From: Gammaproteobacteria bacterium
Lineage (GTDB): Bacteria; Pseudomonadota; Gammaproteobacteria; G965277405
Direction of reading: 5' to 3'
Assembly (NCBI GenBank): GCA_965277405.1
Contig: OZ255726.1
Coordinates: 672,001 to 736,000 of the forward strand
DNA length: 64,000 nucleotides
Part shown: positions 55,933-64,000 of the stretch, one piece after another
How the letters are laid out: every line of letters starts with the position of its first letter
Position numbering within the stretch: the first letter of the stretch is position 1
Notes under the pieces: generated by a model
What the model saw: the letters and a program-made list of their open reading frames with translations, nothing else
Told to the model about the DNA's origin: nothing
Database searches by the model: none
Made by a program: the position numbers and the translations under genes

Positions 55933-56268
55933 TTAATGCCTAACCACGCCCTGTGCCAACAAAGTAGTCGCTAGTTGATTTAAGCTCACACCTTCAGTTT
56001 CAGCACGTTTGGCCAGTTGCCGATGCAAACTTTTGGGAATACGTTGAACAAACTGGCCGCTGTAGGTTTTGGGTACAGGCAGTTCTCCTTTGTCTTCCTG
56101 CTCCGCCATAACCCACGCATCAAAAGCATCGTGTGCCTCGGCAAGCGCATCATCAATAGTATCACCATCAGCGATGCAGCCAGGTAAATCAGGAATAAAA
56201 ACCATATGGCCACCACCTTCATCGCTAGGGATGGGGGATACATGGATCGGATAATCTTCAAATTTCAT
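55933..56268 (-). CDS. hicB: HicB antitoxin
   Basis: PDLPGC..DG.T.D.AL..A.DA, YSG.F..RIP.SLH..L...A..EGVSLNQ. Confidence 0.93.
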   Translation of the reverse strand: MKFEDYPIHVSPIPSDEGGGHMVFIPDLPGCIADGDTIDDALAEAHDAFDAWVMAEQEDKGELPVPKTYSGQFVQRIPKSLHRQLAKRAETEGVSLNQLATTLLAQGVVRH

Positions 56269-56498
56269 TGTGTCACCTCAATCAGTTCAACCAAGCGCTT
56301 GATATATAAAGGCTTGATGGGTTTATGCATGGGTACCGTGAGATGCTCGCCATTGGCATTAGTGACGACAGCGTGACTGGTACCTCGCTGGCGCAAAGTG
56401 AGATTAAACGCTTTGCATAGCGTTTTTACATTAGCTGGTGTCCAATCGGCTTGGGGATTGGACTTCATCTGTTGTAGTAGCTTCTCGGCTTTGCCCAT
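56265..56498 (-). CDS. hicA: HicA toxin
   Basis: GTSH motif, LTVP.HKPIKP.YIK; overlaps hicB by 4 bp. Confidence 0.9.
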   Translation of the reverse strand: MGKAEKLLQQMKSNPQADWTPANVKTLCKAFNLTLRQRGTSHAVVTNANGEHLTVPMHKPIKPLYIKRLVELIEVTQ

Positions 56499-56522
56499 GC
56501 TGTAATGATACTAAATATAGTA

Positions 56523-57512
56523 TCAATGTCCAGCCGTTGTAGCCGTTTCCAGCAGCAGTTGGCTGGTGAAGCCTGAGTCGTTGATGGTGTGCTTGATTTC
56601 AGTCATTAACCAATTCGTGGTGCTGATGGGTGTTTTCCAGCCACTCAGGCGTATCGGTGACTCAGGTATTATATCGGCGCGGCCGGCGGCTAGGGTGAGT
56701 TCCATGGATTGCTGTCCTCGCTGGAGCCGCTGCCATTGTGCCGTAGCTGCAGCTTTGGCCTCTGCTGGGTTTGCATAGGTTTTACGCAGGGTCTGCAAGT
56801 AGCCTGCAGCACCGATAATAACCGATTCTTGGTTGGCATTGGTTGTATCGTTCCAGTGTGCTTTGGTACCGGTATACCGCCCTTGTCGATCAGCTGCGGC
56901 ATAACGGTGGCTGTCGCCATCGGCTCTGGTGAGCGTGATGGTTGGCAAATGTAACCCCGAGACCGTTTTAGAATGACCCATAGGCAGCATGAGTAATGAG
57001 CCATTTTTTACCGTAACAATGGCATCGTGCAGATTAGCTAGTCGAGCAAGCAGGTTGGCGTCAGATTCGTTGGTTTGGTCGAGATGGGGGATGACAATGT
57101 CTTGTAGCGATTCGGTAACTATCGGCTTAAGTGTATGCTCTACGGCAATGGTTTTTACAATCTCTGCTAGTGTTTTCTCATGCCACGAGCGTTCTTTTTG
57201 TTGTTTAAACCCTGCGCGAAAATCAGCACTACGTGCGCGAATAATCAACTTATCTGGACTACCGCTGTGCTCTACTTCATCAACTATAAAGCTACCTTTA
57301 TCAACCAGTGGGGTATCCATCCAGCCTAAATAGCAACGGATGGCTACGCCACGTTTGGGGAAGTTGACTTGTCCGTCATGGTCGCTAATGGTCAGGTCAA
57401 GTTGATCGGCTTCCAAGCCGCGTTTGTCGCTGAGTGTTAATGATATGAGTCGATCTGCTAAACGTGCGCTGATGTCTTCGCTGTTAATGGTTATTTGATA
57501 CGCGGGTTGCAT
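56523..57512 (-). CDS. Phage late control / tail protein D (P2 gpD-like)
   Basis: RLISL.L.D.RG.EADQL.L...D.DG, KG.F.VDEVEHSG.PD...IRARSADFR, DQTNESD..LL.RL. Confidence 0.93.
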   Translation of the reverse strand: MQPAYQITINSEDISARLADRLISLTLSDKRGLEADQLDLTISDHDGQVNFPKRGVAIRCYLGWMDTPLVDKGSFIVDEVEHSGSPDKLIIRARSADFRAGFKQQKERSWHEKTLAEIVKTIAVEHTLKPIVTESLQDIVIPHLDQTNESDANLLARLANLHDAIVTVKNGSLLMLPMGHSKTVSGLHLPTITLTRADGDSHRYAAADRQGRYTGTKAHWNDTTNANQESVIIGAAGYLQTLRKTYANPAEAKAAATAQWQRLQRGQQSMELTLAAGRADIIPESPIRLSGWKTPISTTNWLMTEIKHTINDSGFTSQLLLETATTAGH

Positions 57513-57526
57513 GCCAACAACTGGTG

Positions 57527-57973
57527 TTATTGGTGGATACTTTGTTGGACAAGGCTATTAACCTGAGCCGCTAAATTGCCCAACAGGTAGATACTGTCAT
57601 TATCAATACGGGTGAGCTTGAGGCTAAAGTCGATCTTGCGCGACTGGCCGTTTTTAAACAGTAATTGGTGGGTTTCTTCGATGCTGTTGATAATGTATTG
57701 ACCGAGTGTGGCGCCTGTGCCGAGCATAAACAGCCACGATTTGCCACTGGCTTTCATTTCCCGCAGGATATCAAGCGAGACTTTGCCGCCGGTGATTTCT
57801 GGGTAGAGCGTACCTGAGAGAGTGATGGTATCCTCGCCCGGGCCAAGGTGCTGCCAACTGGCGCGAGAACCAACCCGTGCATGACTTGCCCAACGTTCGC
57901 TGTCGCTGCGTTGTAGCTGTTGATAAGAAGCACTGTGCAACGCAAACACAAATAAGCCAAGTGTTGAAAGCAT
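57527..57973 (-). CDS. Phage tail protein, P2 gpU-like
   Basis: LG.FVF.L....YQ.LQR, W....RVG.R...Q.LGPGED.ITLSG.LYPE.TGG. Confidence 0.92.
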   Translation of the reverse strand: MLSTLGLFVFALHSASYQQLQRSDSERWASHARVGSRASWQHLGPGEDTITLSGTLYPEITGGKVSLDILREMKASGKSWLFMLGTGATLGQYIINSIEETHQLLFKNGQSRKIDFSLKLTRIDNDSIYLLGNLAAQVNSLVQQSIHQ

Positions 57974-58047
57974 AATAGTATTGCCTATGTTATTTCGTTA
58001 TTACAAAATACTTGTTTTTTTAACAAACTGTTACCACAATATAAGCT

Positions 58048-58317
58048 GTGAACTACACATGGAATAATAGCAAAAGGATTAGCAATCTGCGTAAACATCA
58101 GCTTGATTTTGTGTATGTTGCTTGCTGTGCTTGGCATCAGGCCATTATCATTGCGGATAATCGTAAGGATTACGGTGAGATAAGAGACATTGCTTATATT
58201 CCGTTTTTTCAGCGTCTTACTGTGGTTGTTTTTGTCGAGAACCAAAATAGTAGACGTATTATTTCTTGGCGAAAAGCCAATACACGAGAGGTAATGGCTT
58301 ATGAACAAGCAAAATAA
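58048..58317 (+). CDS. brnT: BrnT-family toxin
   Basis: W...K..SN.RKH.LDF, D.R.DYGE.R, RRIIS.RKAN.RE. Confidence 0.9.
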   Translation: MNYTWNNSKRISNLRKHQLDFVYVACCAWHQAIIIADNRKDYGEIRDIAYIPFFQRLTVVVFVENQNSRRIISWRKANTREVMAYEQAK

Positions 58318-58579
58318 TGACATCGATGCGCAATTAAAGATTTTAGATAGCATTACGGATAAAGACATCACTGCTGCTGTTGCTCGTGATGCTGATGCGG
58401 CACCGTTACTGTGCGAGACTGATGCGTTAAAGAAAACGCGCGGTACACAAAAAGCACCGACCAAGGTCGCAACAACCATTCGTTTGAGTAACGAGGTGGT
58501 TGAATTTTTTAAATCGAGTGGATCTGGTTGGCAGACACAAATAGATAAGGTGCTAAAAGAATACATTCGTTCACAATGA
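58301..58579 (+). CDS. brnA: BrnA antitoxin
   Basis: RG.QKAPTK..TTIRLS.EV.E.FK.SG.GWQT.I...L. Confidence 0.9.
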   Translation: MNKQNNDIDAQLKILDSITDKDITAAVARDADAAPLLCETDALKKTRGTQKAPTKVATTIRLSNEVVEFFKSSGSGWQTQIDKVLKEYIRSQ

Positions 58580-58585
58580 TGCATT

Positions 58586-60240
58586 TTAATCAATCCCGTC
58601 ATACAGTTGGGCGTTTTGCCGCGACGCTTGTTGGTGCTGTTGGTTTGCCAGTTCCTGTGTAACGGCTTTTGCCAGCGCTTGTTCATCCATGCCTGGTGTG
58701 GCGTGGATGGTGATATTGGGGGTGCTGGTATTAGTAACGTGTTGCACGATAGCCGGTTTTGGCTGAATGGGTGTGTACGGTTGCATCTGCCCTCTGCCTG
58801 CTAGGGCTGGGCCGCCTAAACCTATACCCATACTAAGGGCTGCTGCTGTGTTATTGCTGGCAGCAAGGATAGCTTGTAGCTGTGCGTCTGCTGGGGATGG
58901 ACCGCCTACCCCTATACCCATGCTACGAGCTGCTGCTGTGTTGTTGCTGGCAGCAAGGATAGCTTGTAGCTGTGCGTCTGCTGGGGATGGACCACCTACC
59001 CCTATACCCATGCTACGAGCTGCTGCTGTGTTGTTGCTGGCAGCAAGGATAGCTTGTAGCTGTGCGTCTGCTGGGGATGGACCACCTGCCCCTATACCCA
59101 TGCTACGAGCTGCTGCTGTGTTGTTGCTGGCAGCAAGGATAGCTTGTAGCTGTGCGTCTGCTGGGGATGGACCACCTACCCCTATACCCATGCTACGAGC
59201 TGCTGCTATTTTTTTCGCGGTCGCGGGAATGGGTTTTGCTGGAGTTGCTTTTTCCGTTATTTTAACGGTTTTTTCAACATCACTATCGTCACCAAATACC
59301 GCATCCCATACACTGCCGACTGCTTTTGTTGCTGTGCTAATCCAGTCAAACTTGCTTTTTAGCCAGTCGAATATTTCGCCAAACCAGGCGATAATATCAT
59401 CCCAGTTTTTGTAGAGGAGGACTCCTATCGCAATTAACCCAGCAACAGCCGCTATCACCAAACCAATAGGGTTGGCATTCATGGCGATATTCAGCAGCCA
59501 TTGCGTTGCTGTGACTATTTTTGCGACAATTCCCATTTTTGTTAGTACCCAGATCAATCCGCCGAATAGTTTGCTGACCAAGGCTATTATGTCTAATGAG
59601 CTGAGTCCGTAACGGATCATGGCCAACGGTCCCAATATACTGGCCATGGTGAGCGCTATAGCGCCCATGGCCGTAATAAACACGCCGCCGACAGCAACGA
59701 CTTTTAATAGTTGACCCGCCAGCTGTGGGTTTGCTGTTACCCACGCATTTAATTTGCGTGTCAGCGTGGTAATGTGCTGGATCAAGTCGCGTATTGGTCC
59801 ACTGTTGGTGCTGAAAATTGATATCTTGACGGCTTCCCAGGCAGATTCTAAAGATTTCAGGTCGCCACTGGCATTATCGCCCATTTGCGCGGCGATACGT
59901 TTGGCTTCTCCGCGTGCATTTTCTAGCACCTCAATAAACTTAGTAATGCCACCGGCACCGGCATCGCCTACCAGTGAGGCGAAGGCTGCACCTGCTTGCT
60001 TACCTGCTATATCTTTGAAAATGGACAAGCGGTCACCAGCCCCCAATTTTTCGGTTTTTTTGGCGACTTCGCCGAGTATTTCAGGCATGGCAATCATGTT
60101 GCCTTTGGCGTCTCGTGTGGCAATCCCCAATTCTTTAAGTGCATCCATCGCCGGGCCGTGTGTGGCGATATTGTTATACATGGTACGCATCGCTGTACCC
60201 GCCATGCTCCCTTGAATGCCTTTGCTGCCGAGCAGCCGCG
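58586..60240 (-). pseudogene. Tail tape-measure protein, 5'-truncated
   Basis: GIQGSMAGTAMR, M.DN..GD.K.L.SAWE, ANPIGLVI.A...L...G.LLY.NWD; N-terminal part missing. Confidence 0.88.
58797..59207. repeat. 90-bp in-frame tandem repeat, about 4.5 copies
   Basis: CCTATACCCA recurs at 58821, 58911, 59001, 59091, 59181; encodes AAARSMGIGVGGPSPADAQLQAILAASNNT. Confidence 0.97.
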
Positions 60241-60746
60241 TGGGGCGCATCAGCAAGCTCAAACTCGATAATAGCTTGGCGCTGATCAAACCCAACCCAG
60301 CGCTGGATGCACTCAGCGACGCGCAACTAAAAACCCGCTTTTACCAGCAACTCAATATTAACAAAGGTGATTTGTATATTGATAAAGTCGGCGACCCCAT
60401 GTGGGTTGGCGATGAGTTGTTTACCTCAGCCAGTGGACACAGCAAGCTCAAGAAACGCGATCGTCACTTGTATATGGACGAGTTGGCAAAAACCATCAGT
60501 GACCCCGATGAAATATATTTAGAAGTTGAACAATTAGACGAAAAGCGTAGCCGCATTGTCAAAAAAATGTTCCGTTATTTCACGAGCGAAGACGGCAAGC
60601 AAAAAGCACTGATGGCATTGTTTGAATATCAGCAAGACAAAACCATCGGGGTGAGCGTACACGTTATTGATAATCAGGGCGGGGTAGAAAAGCGGCGCAT
60701 ACAACGCCTTGTCTATCAAAAAGTGAGTGAGGCAGTAGGCAGCTAG
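60230..60746 (+). pseudogene. C-terminal fragment of Mu gpF-like head morphogenesis protein (possible PBECR-type nuclease-fold domain)
   Basis: K..KR.RH.Y...LA.TI.DPDEI...RYF pattern; upstream of gpG; no genuine 5' end. Confidence 0.6.
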
Positions 60747-60849
60747 TGACTCGACCATTTACCCGGGTGGTAGCTGCTCACACACGTTAGACCGACATTC
60801 TGAACCTCACTATTAGCAAGTATACACCCAAACACGACAAAAGCAAACC

Positions 60850-61308
60850 ATGCAGATAAACGCCCACACCAATATCGATACCGTCCTTAAGGAACTGGCA
60901 GTCATCCAGACCAAAGGCCAGCAGCTGGCGCCACTGTTTGCTGAATTGGCCAACCACCTGTATAACCTAGCCGATGAAACTTTTGAAAATGAAACCAGCC
61001 CAGACGGCAGCCCTTGGCAGCCATTATCACCACAGACCATTGCCCGCAAGGGGCATAGTCGCAAGCTACACGCCAGCGGCCACCTGCGCGAAACCCTGAG
61101 CTTTGCCAGCGATACCCGCTCCGCCACCGTCGGCACCAATGCGGTATCCGTTACAGGCTATCCATACCCCGCCGTCCAGCAATTCGGCACCACAGCCGGC
61201 AAAGTCCCAGCCCGGCCTTTTTTACCCTTCAGCGCTGAAGGGGATTTAATGGCCGAAGCTAGCGACAGCATCCTCACCTTAGTGCATGAGTATTTTGAGG
61301 AGGCTTGA
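60850..61308 (+). CDS. Mu gpG-like virion morphogenesis protein
   Basis: F.NE.SPDG.PW.PLS..T..RK...L..SG.LR, VGTN...Y.A.QQFG....PARPFL. Confidence 0.9.
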   Translation: MQINAHTNIDTVLKELAVIQTKGQQLAPLFAELANHLYNLADETFENETSPDGSPWQPLSPQTIARKGHSRKLHASGHLRETLSFASDTRSATVGTNAVSVTGYPYPAVQQFGTTAGKVPARPFLPFSAEGDLMAEASDSILTLVHEYFEEA

Positions 61309-61333
61309 GCAAAGGCAGCCAGCAAGTCCATTG

Positions 61334-62236
61334 TTAAATAAGCGGCTGTTGTTCGCTGCCTGCAATAAATTCCAACACTTCGAGAATTTTGTAGTCTTCA
61401 TCATACCCTCGTACTGTTTTCTTCTGGGTAATTTGCAACCGGACTTTATAAGTGTCACCAACAACGACCTTGCCACGTTGCATAATATCTACCGCAATTG
61501 ATGTTGCGCTTATATCAAAATACTTAATTTCCTCCTTATATTTAAAGCGCCATTTCTTACTCTTACCATCTAAAATAGGCGCATGAATAACTATGTGGGC
61601 AATAATTTCTTGCTCTTCTGCCAATTCATCTTCCCCCACTGGCAGTCCAGCATCATAAATTTCTTGTGCTTGTGCTGTGTCAATACTGTATGCCTGCTGA
61701 GTATTGCTATTAACTATAGTAATGCTGTCAAGATCATCTTCTGTACGTATGCATTGGCTAAAACGTTGCGCTTGCCGAACAACTTCTTCATTTTCTGCCG
61801 CTTTAAAAAGTTTGTTTGCAATAATATCACAAGTACCGTCTTTATATGTGATTTCAACATTCTCGCCTTTTTTATTTACACCACAACGTTGCTTACGTTT
61901 TTGCAATATGTTCCATATACATATAGGACCAACTGAACCAATGCCAAGCCACTCTATTATCTCTTTGGCAGCGATAACTTCTTCTTTTGCAGTAAATAGC
62001 TTGGCTGTCTTCCAAACATACATACTAAACTCAAGCAACAACGTAACGCAATTTGCTTGTATATCTGCTTTTAAGTTGAGTTTAACGCGAGCATGTTCTT
62101 CATTAACAGTCGCATTGATAGTGCGCAGCATTTCATTAAATGCTAATAGTGACGGTGCAAGGATCGACATGTCAATCGAATGCCCAGATACTGCAGCACC
62201 ATCAAAGCGCAGTAATATGTTATGCCGTTCCGCCAT
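61334..62236 (-). CDS. AT-rich prophage cargo (moron) protein of unknown function
   Basis: Intact ORF of about 300 aa, lower GC than neighbours; LRFDG.AV..HSID...LAPSLLA N-terminus, OB-fold-like C-terminus (W.F...GD...V.L...Y.I.EV). Confidence 0.7.
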   Translation of the reverse strand: MAERHNILLRFDGAAVSGHSIDMSILAPSLLAFNEMLRTINATVNEEHARVKLNLKADIQANCVTLLLEFSMYVWKTAKLFTAKEEVIAAKEIIEWLGIGSVGPICIWNILQKRKQRCGVNKKGENVEITYKDGTCDIIANKLFKAAENEEVVRQAQRFSQCIRTEDDLDSITIVNSNTQQAYSIDTAQAQEIYDAGLPVGEDELAEEQEIIAHIVIHAPILDGKSKKWRFKYKEEIKYFDISATSIAVDIMQRGKVVVGDTYKVRLQITQKKTVRGYDEDYKILEVLEFIAGSEQQPLI

Positions 62237-62476
62237 AATGTAACCGATTTGAAATTTGAGATAATATCTTAAGGTCTTAGGCTTAGGAACTCCAAGTAAC
62301 AACATTCCCACCATCAATAAAAATAGTATACTTGGCAATCCTACCTTTAAAAAGAACTTAATTTGTTAAAAAAACTACTGATTTATCTAAATACAAGGCT
62401 TAATCTTGGATGGAAACCTTATCAATCATTCAGCAAATCGCAGCACCAAAGCACGTAAACTAGCTGATAAGTTGCA

Positions 62477-62525
62477 GCAGCGTTATTGCTCCGTCTCGCC
62501 CACCATGGGCTTAATCAGAGCTTCC
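62477..62525 (-). mobile_element. MITE end fragment (copy 10)
   Basis: CTCCGTCTCGCCCACCATGGGCTTAATCAGAGCTTCC followed by TTAA. Confidence 0.8.
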
Positions 62526-62728
62526 TTAAGCTGCCGTTTGTGTTGAATGCGCGCGGCTTCTGCTTGGGAATAGCCCGCATTCTTCGCCCAATCAGGGTCG
62601 AAACACTGGGTTTCTAAGGTGTTAAAGCTATAACCGCAGTCATCGCAGCGGCGAAAACGTTCCACCACATACGATTTATCGGTACCAATAACGCGGGTCT
62701 TCTCCCGATGACAATTCGGACACCACAT
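62483..62728 (-). CDS. Zn-ribbon transcriptional regulator (Ogr/Delta or NrdR-N-like)
   Basis: CPNC...TRV..T.....R.R.C..CG..F.T.E; C-terminus supplied by a MITE. Confidence 0.75.
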   Translation of the reverse strand: MWCPNCHREKTRVIGTDKSYVVERFRRCDDCGYSFNTLETQCFDPDWAKNAGYSQAEAARIQHKRQLKEALIKPMVGETEQ

Positions 62729-62731
62729 GCA

Positions 62732-63133
62732 TCACATCCGCTTAATTGCGGCCAGCAAACCACCGGCCTGCTGGCGCGTTAGCGCATGCAAATTAAGCAA
62801 CAGCAGCCCAGTATTGTTGCGCGCAAAATTCAGCAGGCTGCTTTCATCCGGGCAGCGAGCGCGTTGCTGCCACAATGCCCGCATATAATTCACCTGGTTA
62901 TCACTTACATACTCTGCCGCGCTCTGCGTTTTGCCGTTGAGAAAATCCAACAGCTTAATCAATTGGTCAATCCGTAAATCAGCAGAGGAACGTTTACCAA
63001 AACCGCGCTGCAACAGCTCCTGCCAACTTGAGCGGTCATGTTGATACATATCCACATACACCGCTGATATGTGGATTTGACCAAGCAGCGCCTTGCGGTA
63101 GTGCTGTTGCTTGGCTGATAATGCTTTCGCCAT
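62732..63133 (-). CDS. Mu GemA/gp16-like (DUF1018) protein
   Basis: L..IH...L...FGK.SS.DL...QL..L...L; Q...M.ALW; L...QA..L..A.K.M. Confidence 0.8.
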   Translation of the reverse strand: MAKALSAKQQHYRKALLGQIHISAVYVDMYQHDRSSWQELLQRGFGKRSSADLRIDQLIKLLDFLNGKTQSAAEYVSDNQVNYMRALWQQRARCPDESSLLNFARNNTGLLLLNLHALTRQQAGGLLAAIKRM

Positions 63134-63229
63134 AATAAATTAAATCAATGTGTTGGTATAGCCAGACTGCAATCAGGCTATAGCAACACACTTATAACCC
63201 CGCCGGCGGCGGGGTTAAGTGCTACGCGG

Positions 63230-63646
63230 CTACAAATGCCCCGCGCGCATAATCTCCGCTAATCGAGTTGCCCGCGCTCCCACCTGTGCCGCCCAGCGGC
63301 TATCGAGCATCTGCTTGGCTGTCTCAACATAATCCTGTGTTGCCAGCGCGCCGATCATCCGCTTAAATTTCAACAGTCGCGACAACCCTAAGTTAAAACA
63401 CATGTCCATCATTACCGCTTTCCGGGCGTCGTTTAACCCGCTAAACCATGCACAATTACCCAGTTGCTGATCAACCAACTCGATGTCTGCTGCCAACATA
63501 TACTCAGCCTCATTCTGGCTAATGCCGTTATCGTCTAAATTGCGGCCGTAGCCAATCGTGGTTTTGCCCGCACTACATTCATACAACCTTAGGCGTAGCC
63601 CTTCATGGCGTTTAATCATTGCTGCTGCTGTTTCTAAATACATCAT
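63230..63646 (-). CDS. Phage lysozyme (GH24, T4-like)
   Basis: IKRHEGLRL..Y.C.AGK.TIGYGRNL, M.FNLG, M.DS.WA.QVG.RA.RL. Confidence 0.93.
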   Translation of the reverse strand: MMYLETAAAMIKRHEGLRLRLYECSAGKTTIGYGRNLDDNGISQNEAEYMLAADIELVDQQLGNCAWFSGLNDARKAVMMDMCFNLGLSRLLKFKRMIGALATQDYVETAKQMLDSRWAAQVGARATRLAEIMRAGHL

Positions 63647-63652
63647 CTTCTC

Positions 63653-64000
63653 CTAGCGTTTATCTTCAATTTCAAGTTCATATGGCGAAATAGCAAAGTC
63701 TTCGCCGGCGGAGGAAATGCTGACGCCCTGGATTTGGGTGGCAACGTTTTTTTCCTTCAATAGTGCCTCCCGGTCAATTTCTTCAGAGATACGGACAAAA
63801 CGCGTTAACCCCAGCCCCTTTAACGCGGCAATAACCTTGTCCTTGCCACGCACCCCCACTTTTGGGGGTCGCGTCCGCCAGTTAAACTCGCCGGTGGTCA
63901 GCTTCACGGTTTTTATTTTGCCCCGCTGGGTCAATTCTTCCCGATTGGTCTCAGCCCATGCTTGCACCGCCGCGATAATTTCAGACACCTCGCCTTTGAG
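63653..64000 (-). CDS. gam: Mu Gam-like host-nuclease inhibitor (5' end outside window)
   Basis: Q.WAE.NR.ELT..GK.KT..L.TGE..WR.RPP.V..RG...VI..L...GL.RF.R..EE.D.EALL. Confidence 0.9.
   Translation of the reverse strand, partial: LKGEVSEIIAAVQAWAETNREELTQRGKIKTVKLTTGEFNWRTRPPKVGVRGKDKVIAALKGLGLTRFVRISEEIDREALLKEKNVATQIQGVSISSAGEDFAISPYELEIEDKR

Larger units (their letters stand above)
55895..64000. mobile_element. Defective Mu-like (transposable) prophage with P2-like tail genes; extends past window end
   Basis: gam, lysozyme, gemA, Zn-ribbon regulator, gpG, gpF fragment, tape-measure fragment, gpU, gpD. Confidence 0.88.

Noticed and set aside
58797-59207. Possible CRISPR array
   Set aside because: Units are contiguous and near-identical with no unique spacers, lie in frame in a phage gene, and no cas genes are present
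57985-60215. Long antisense ORFs (57985-58686, 58767-59414, 59754-60215)
   Set aside because: Shadows of brnTA and the tape-measure gene; no recognisable motifs
63148-63222. Hammerhead ribozyme as seen in some Mu-like phages
   Set aside because: Core CTGANGA and GAAA motifs are not present in the required arrangement

Overview
Bacterial chromosome window from a divergent gammaproteobacterium, judged from the 16S gene and gene content. A host-associated lifestyle is plausible but is only an inference. Most of the window is housekeeping: pyrG-kdsA, pyrD, glnD, grxD/fdx/iscX, engB, leuA, bfr, nhaA-secA, recA, the rpsB-tsf-pyrH-frr-uppS-cdsA-dxr-rseP-bamA-skp-lpxD-fabZ-lpxA superoperon, lysA, hisHAF, rlmD and gyrA. 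It also has three tRNAs and a 16S rRNA gene with no linked 23S. Accessory features: (1) about ten copies or fragments of a ~285-bp non-coding miniature inverted-repeat element with IS5-group ends and YTAR target duplications, whose internal stem co-varies between copies; (2) a decayed low-GC cassette encoding a Sec-signal, double-glycine-like, Gly/Ala-rich precursor, a C39 peptidase, an outer-membrane barrel remnant and membrane proteins; (3) a P4-like integrase/c4-RNA relic at tRNA-Met; (4) two apparently intact but catalytically dead exported enzymes (DsbA with SPTS instead of CxxC, and an Ig-domain kexin-like pseudo-protease); (5) a deleted Mu-like prophage from ~55.9 kb to the window end, with HicAB and BrnTA toxin-antitoxin pairs and a 90-bp tandem repeat in the tape-measure gene. 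All calls come from reading the sequence and recognising motifs by eye; no database search was run.
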